64,000 nt of DNA, from NCBI GenBank assembly GCA_030390025.1, contig CM059431.1, forward strand, positions 109,680,001 to 109,744,000. The letters run 5' to 3'. The notes under the pieces were generated by a model that did not search any database, was not told the DNA's origin, and saw only the letters and a list, made by a program, of their open reading frames with translations. Position numbers and translations under genes: made by a program. Positions 62,053 to 64,000 of the stretch are shown here, piece by piece (position 1 is the first letter of the stretch; the number at the start of each line of letters is the position of its first letter). The DNA is from Squalus acanthias (Eukaryota).

Positions 62053-62510
62053 GGGGGGCCAGCTAGTGGCTCAGTTGGTAGAACCCTCACCTCTGAGTCA
62101 TGATGGTTGTGGGTTCAAGTCCCACTCCAGAGGCTTGAACACAAAAATCTAGGCTGACACTCCAGTACTGAGGGAGTGCTGCACTGTCAAGGTGCCGTCT
62201 TTTGGGTGAGACGTCAAACCAAGGCCCTGTCTGCTCTCTCAGGTGGGCGTAAAAGATCCCACGGCCACTATTTCGAAGAAGAGCAGGGGAGTTCTCCCTG
62301 GTGTCCTGGCCAATATTTATCCCTCAATCAACATCACTAAAAAACAGATTATCTGGTCATTATCACATTGTTGTTTGTGGGAGTTTGCTGCCACGTTTCC
62401 TACATTACAACAGTGATTACACGTCAAAAAGTACTTCATTGGCTGTAAAGCGCTTTGGGACGTCCAGAGGTCGTGAAAGGCGCTATATAAATGCAAGTCT
62501 TTCTTTCTTG
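62053..62510 (+). mobile_element. Full-length Deu-SINE
   Basis: A box tggctcagttggt, B box gggttcaagtccc, Deu body, tail. Confidence 0.9.
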
Positions 62511-63436
62511 CTTGCTGTATCATGAAGTCTAATTATCATGGCGGATGTGATGCACATTGGTCTTACTCCAGCAGTTGCCCTCCAGAAAACGTCACGATGT
62601 CACCATTCAGATCTACTTTAGCTGAGAGCCTTCTTAAGTGGACAACTAGTCCACCATCTGCTAACACTCTTGCTGATGTACCATTTCATCCTGTGGAGGG
62701 AACCCCAATGAATAACGCTTCACAATACTCTTTATATAATGATGAACAATATCCTTCAATACGTGTCATGCCCAAAGTGTCTGTGAATTATTTTAAGTTA
62801 CCGACCTCAAAAGTTTGCTATTTAATCTTTATTATGAAAAAAACCACAAAACAGGGAAACAAGAGGGAAGATACAGAGAAAACAGTAGAGTATGCAAGAA
62901 AAATCTATCTAGATTTTGGAACACTGAAGTAACTACGAGTGAAAATACGTTTTATCAGACTCTACTGATTTACTACTTGGTAAAAATAGTACTATGAACT
63001 CAGTATTTCCATACTTTGTTGCATGCACTTTGATTTAGGGCAGTTCAGAAAAAAATACCAAGCAAAAAATAGTAAATCTGCGCAGAGGAATTTCTTGGCA
63101 AGATCCCAATCAGGAGCCTTACAGATGGAATAGTTTTTTTTGGATGAGCAGACTTGAATATAAAAGGAATAGTTATACCACTGTAGAATTTATCAGTAAC
63201 GATTGAAATATAGTAAGAATTTGGTTGCATACGCAATTTACTGTACAAATTTGCATAAGTGCGGATTTGAGTACTTGCACGTGACTACATGTGACCTTAC
63301 AAAGATAATGATTGTGCCAGTGTATAATTTTCAGGAGTACGTTCTTATTAAGATTTGTAATGTATTACTCTGGGAATATAAAGAGCTTTTTGTGCCTTTT
63401 ACACAAAAGACAAGACTGCAGAATGTAACAATAAGT

Positions 63437-63569
63437 GACAGAATTAACGTTTCAGGTCGATGACCTTTCATCAGAGTTGAGTTCTGACCTCAGCTGCCTG
63501 ACCTGCTGAGTGTTTCCTGCATTTCCTGTTTTTATTTCAGATTTCCAGCATCCGCAGTATTTTGTTTTA
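63437..63569 (+). mobile_element. PLE family B mini-insertion with an inverted hammerhead segment
   Basis: 63438-63475 is a minus-strand hammerhead region (CTGATGA-aaggtcatcgacct-GAAA-cgtt), then a short linker and the plus-strand 3' end. 12-bp TSD gtaacaataagt (63425-63436, 63570-63581). Confidence 0.88.
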
Positions 63570-63719
63570 GTAACAATAAGTAACTTGACTAGGAAACACT
63601 TACTTAGCTCAGTACCTGTAGGGCAGAGTGAATAACCAGCCAACAGCCCGAGCATAGAATGATAGAATGTTACAGCACACAAACACCCCATTCAGCCAAT
63701 CAGATCCACGAGACACTAA

Positions 63720-64000
63720 AGAAAGAACTTGCTTTTATATAGCTCCTTTTACGACCTCAGGACATCCCAACGTTTTACAGCCTTTCAAAGTTTAGTCATC
63801 GTTGTAATGTGTGAAAGGCGACAGCTAGTTTGTGCACAGCAAGCTCTCACAAACAGCAATGTGACAATGACCAGCTAAACTGTTTTAGTAATATTGGTTG
63901 AGGAATAAATATTGGCCAGGACACCAGGGAGAACTCTCCTGCTCTTCTTCAAATAGTACCACGCGATTGTTTTACATCCACCTGAGAGAGCAGACGGGGC
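63720..64000 (-). mobile_element. Deu-SINE running off the right edge
   Basis: Reverse-complement SINE tail and body. Confidence 0.88.

Overview
Repeat-dense, gene-poor vertebrate DNA, almost certainly from a cartilaginous fish (shark). It carries many Deu-domain tRNA SINEs (SacSINE1/AmnSINE1-like), an HE1-type V-SINE, CR1, L2 and RTE LINE 3' fragments, PIF/Harbinger-derived elements and two families of Penelope-like elements (PLEs). I could not confidently identify any host protein-coding gene. The unique stretches look like intron or gene-desert sequence with some CNE-like blocks. The main feature is a very young 4.7-kb palindromic PLE insertion (52832-57574). It has two apparently identical 2158-bp arms joined head-to-head around a 387-bp spacer, each with an open RT + GIY-YIG frame and a minimal hammerhead ribozyme. 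A 40-nt tail is present on one arm only, and a single 12-bp target-site duplication (TSD) flanks the whole structure. Five miniature (110-200 bp) TSD-flanked PLE insertions show the same inverted architecture, so the window records a recurrent two-primer integration mechanism. A second theme is Harbinger derivatives that keep a spliced Myb/SANT gene but lack the transposase core. All family names come from recognised motifs and were not confirmed by database search.
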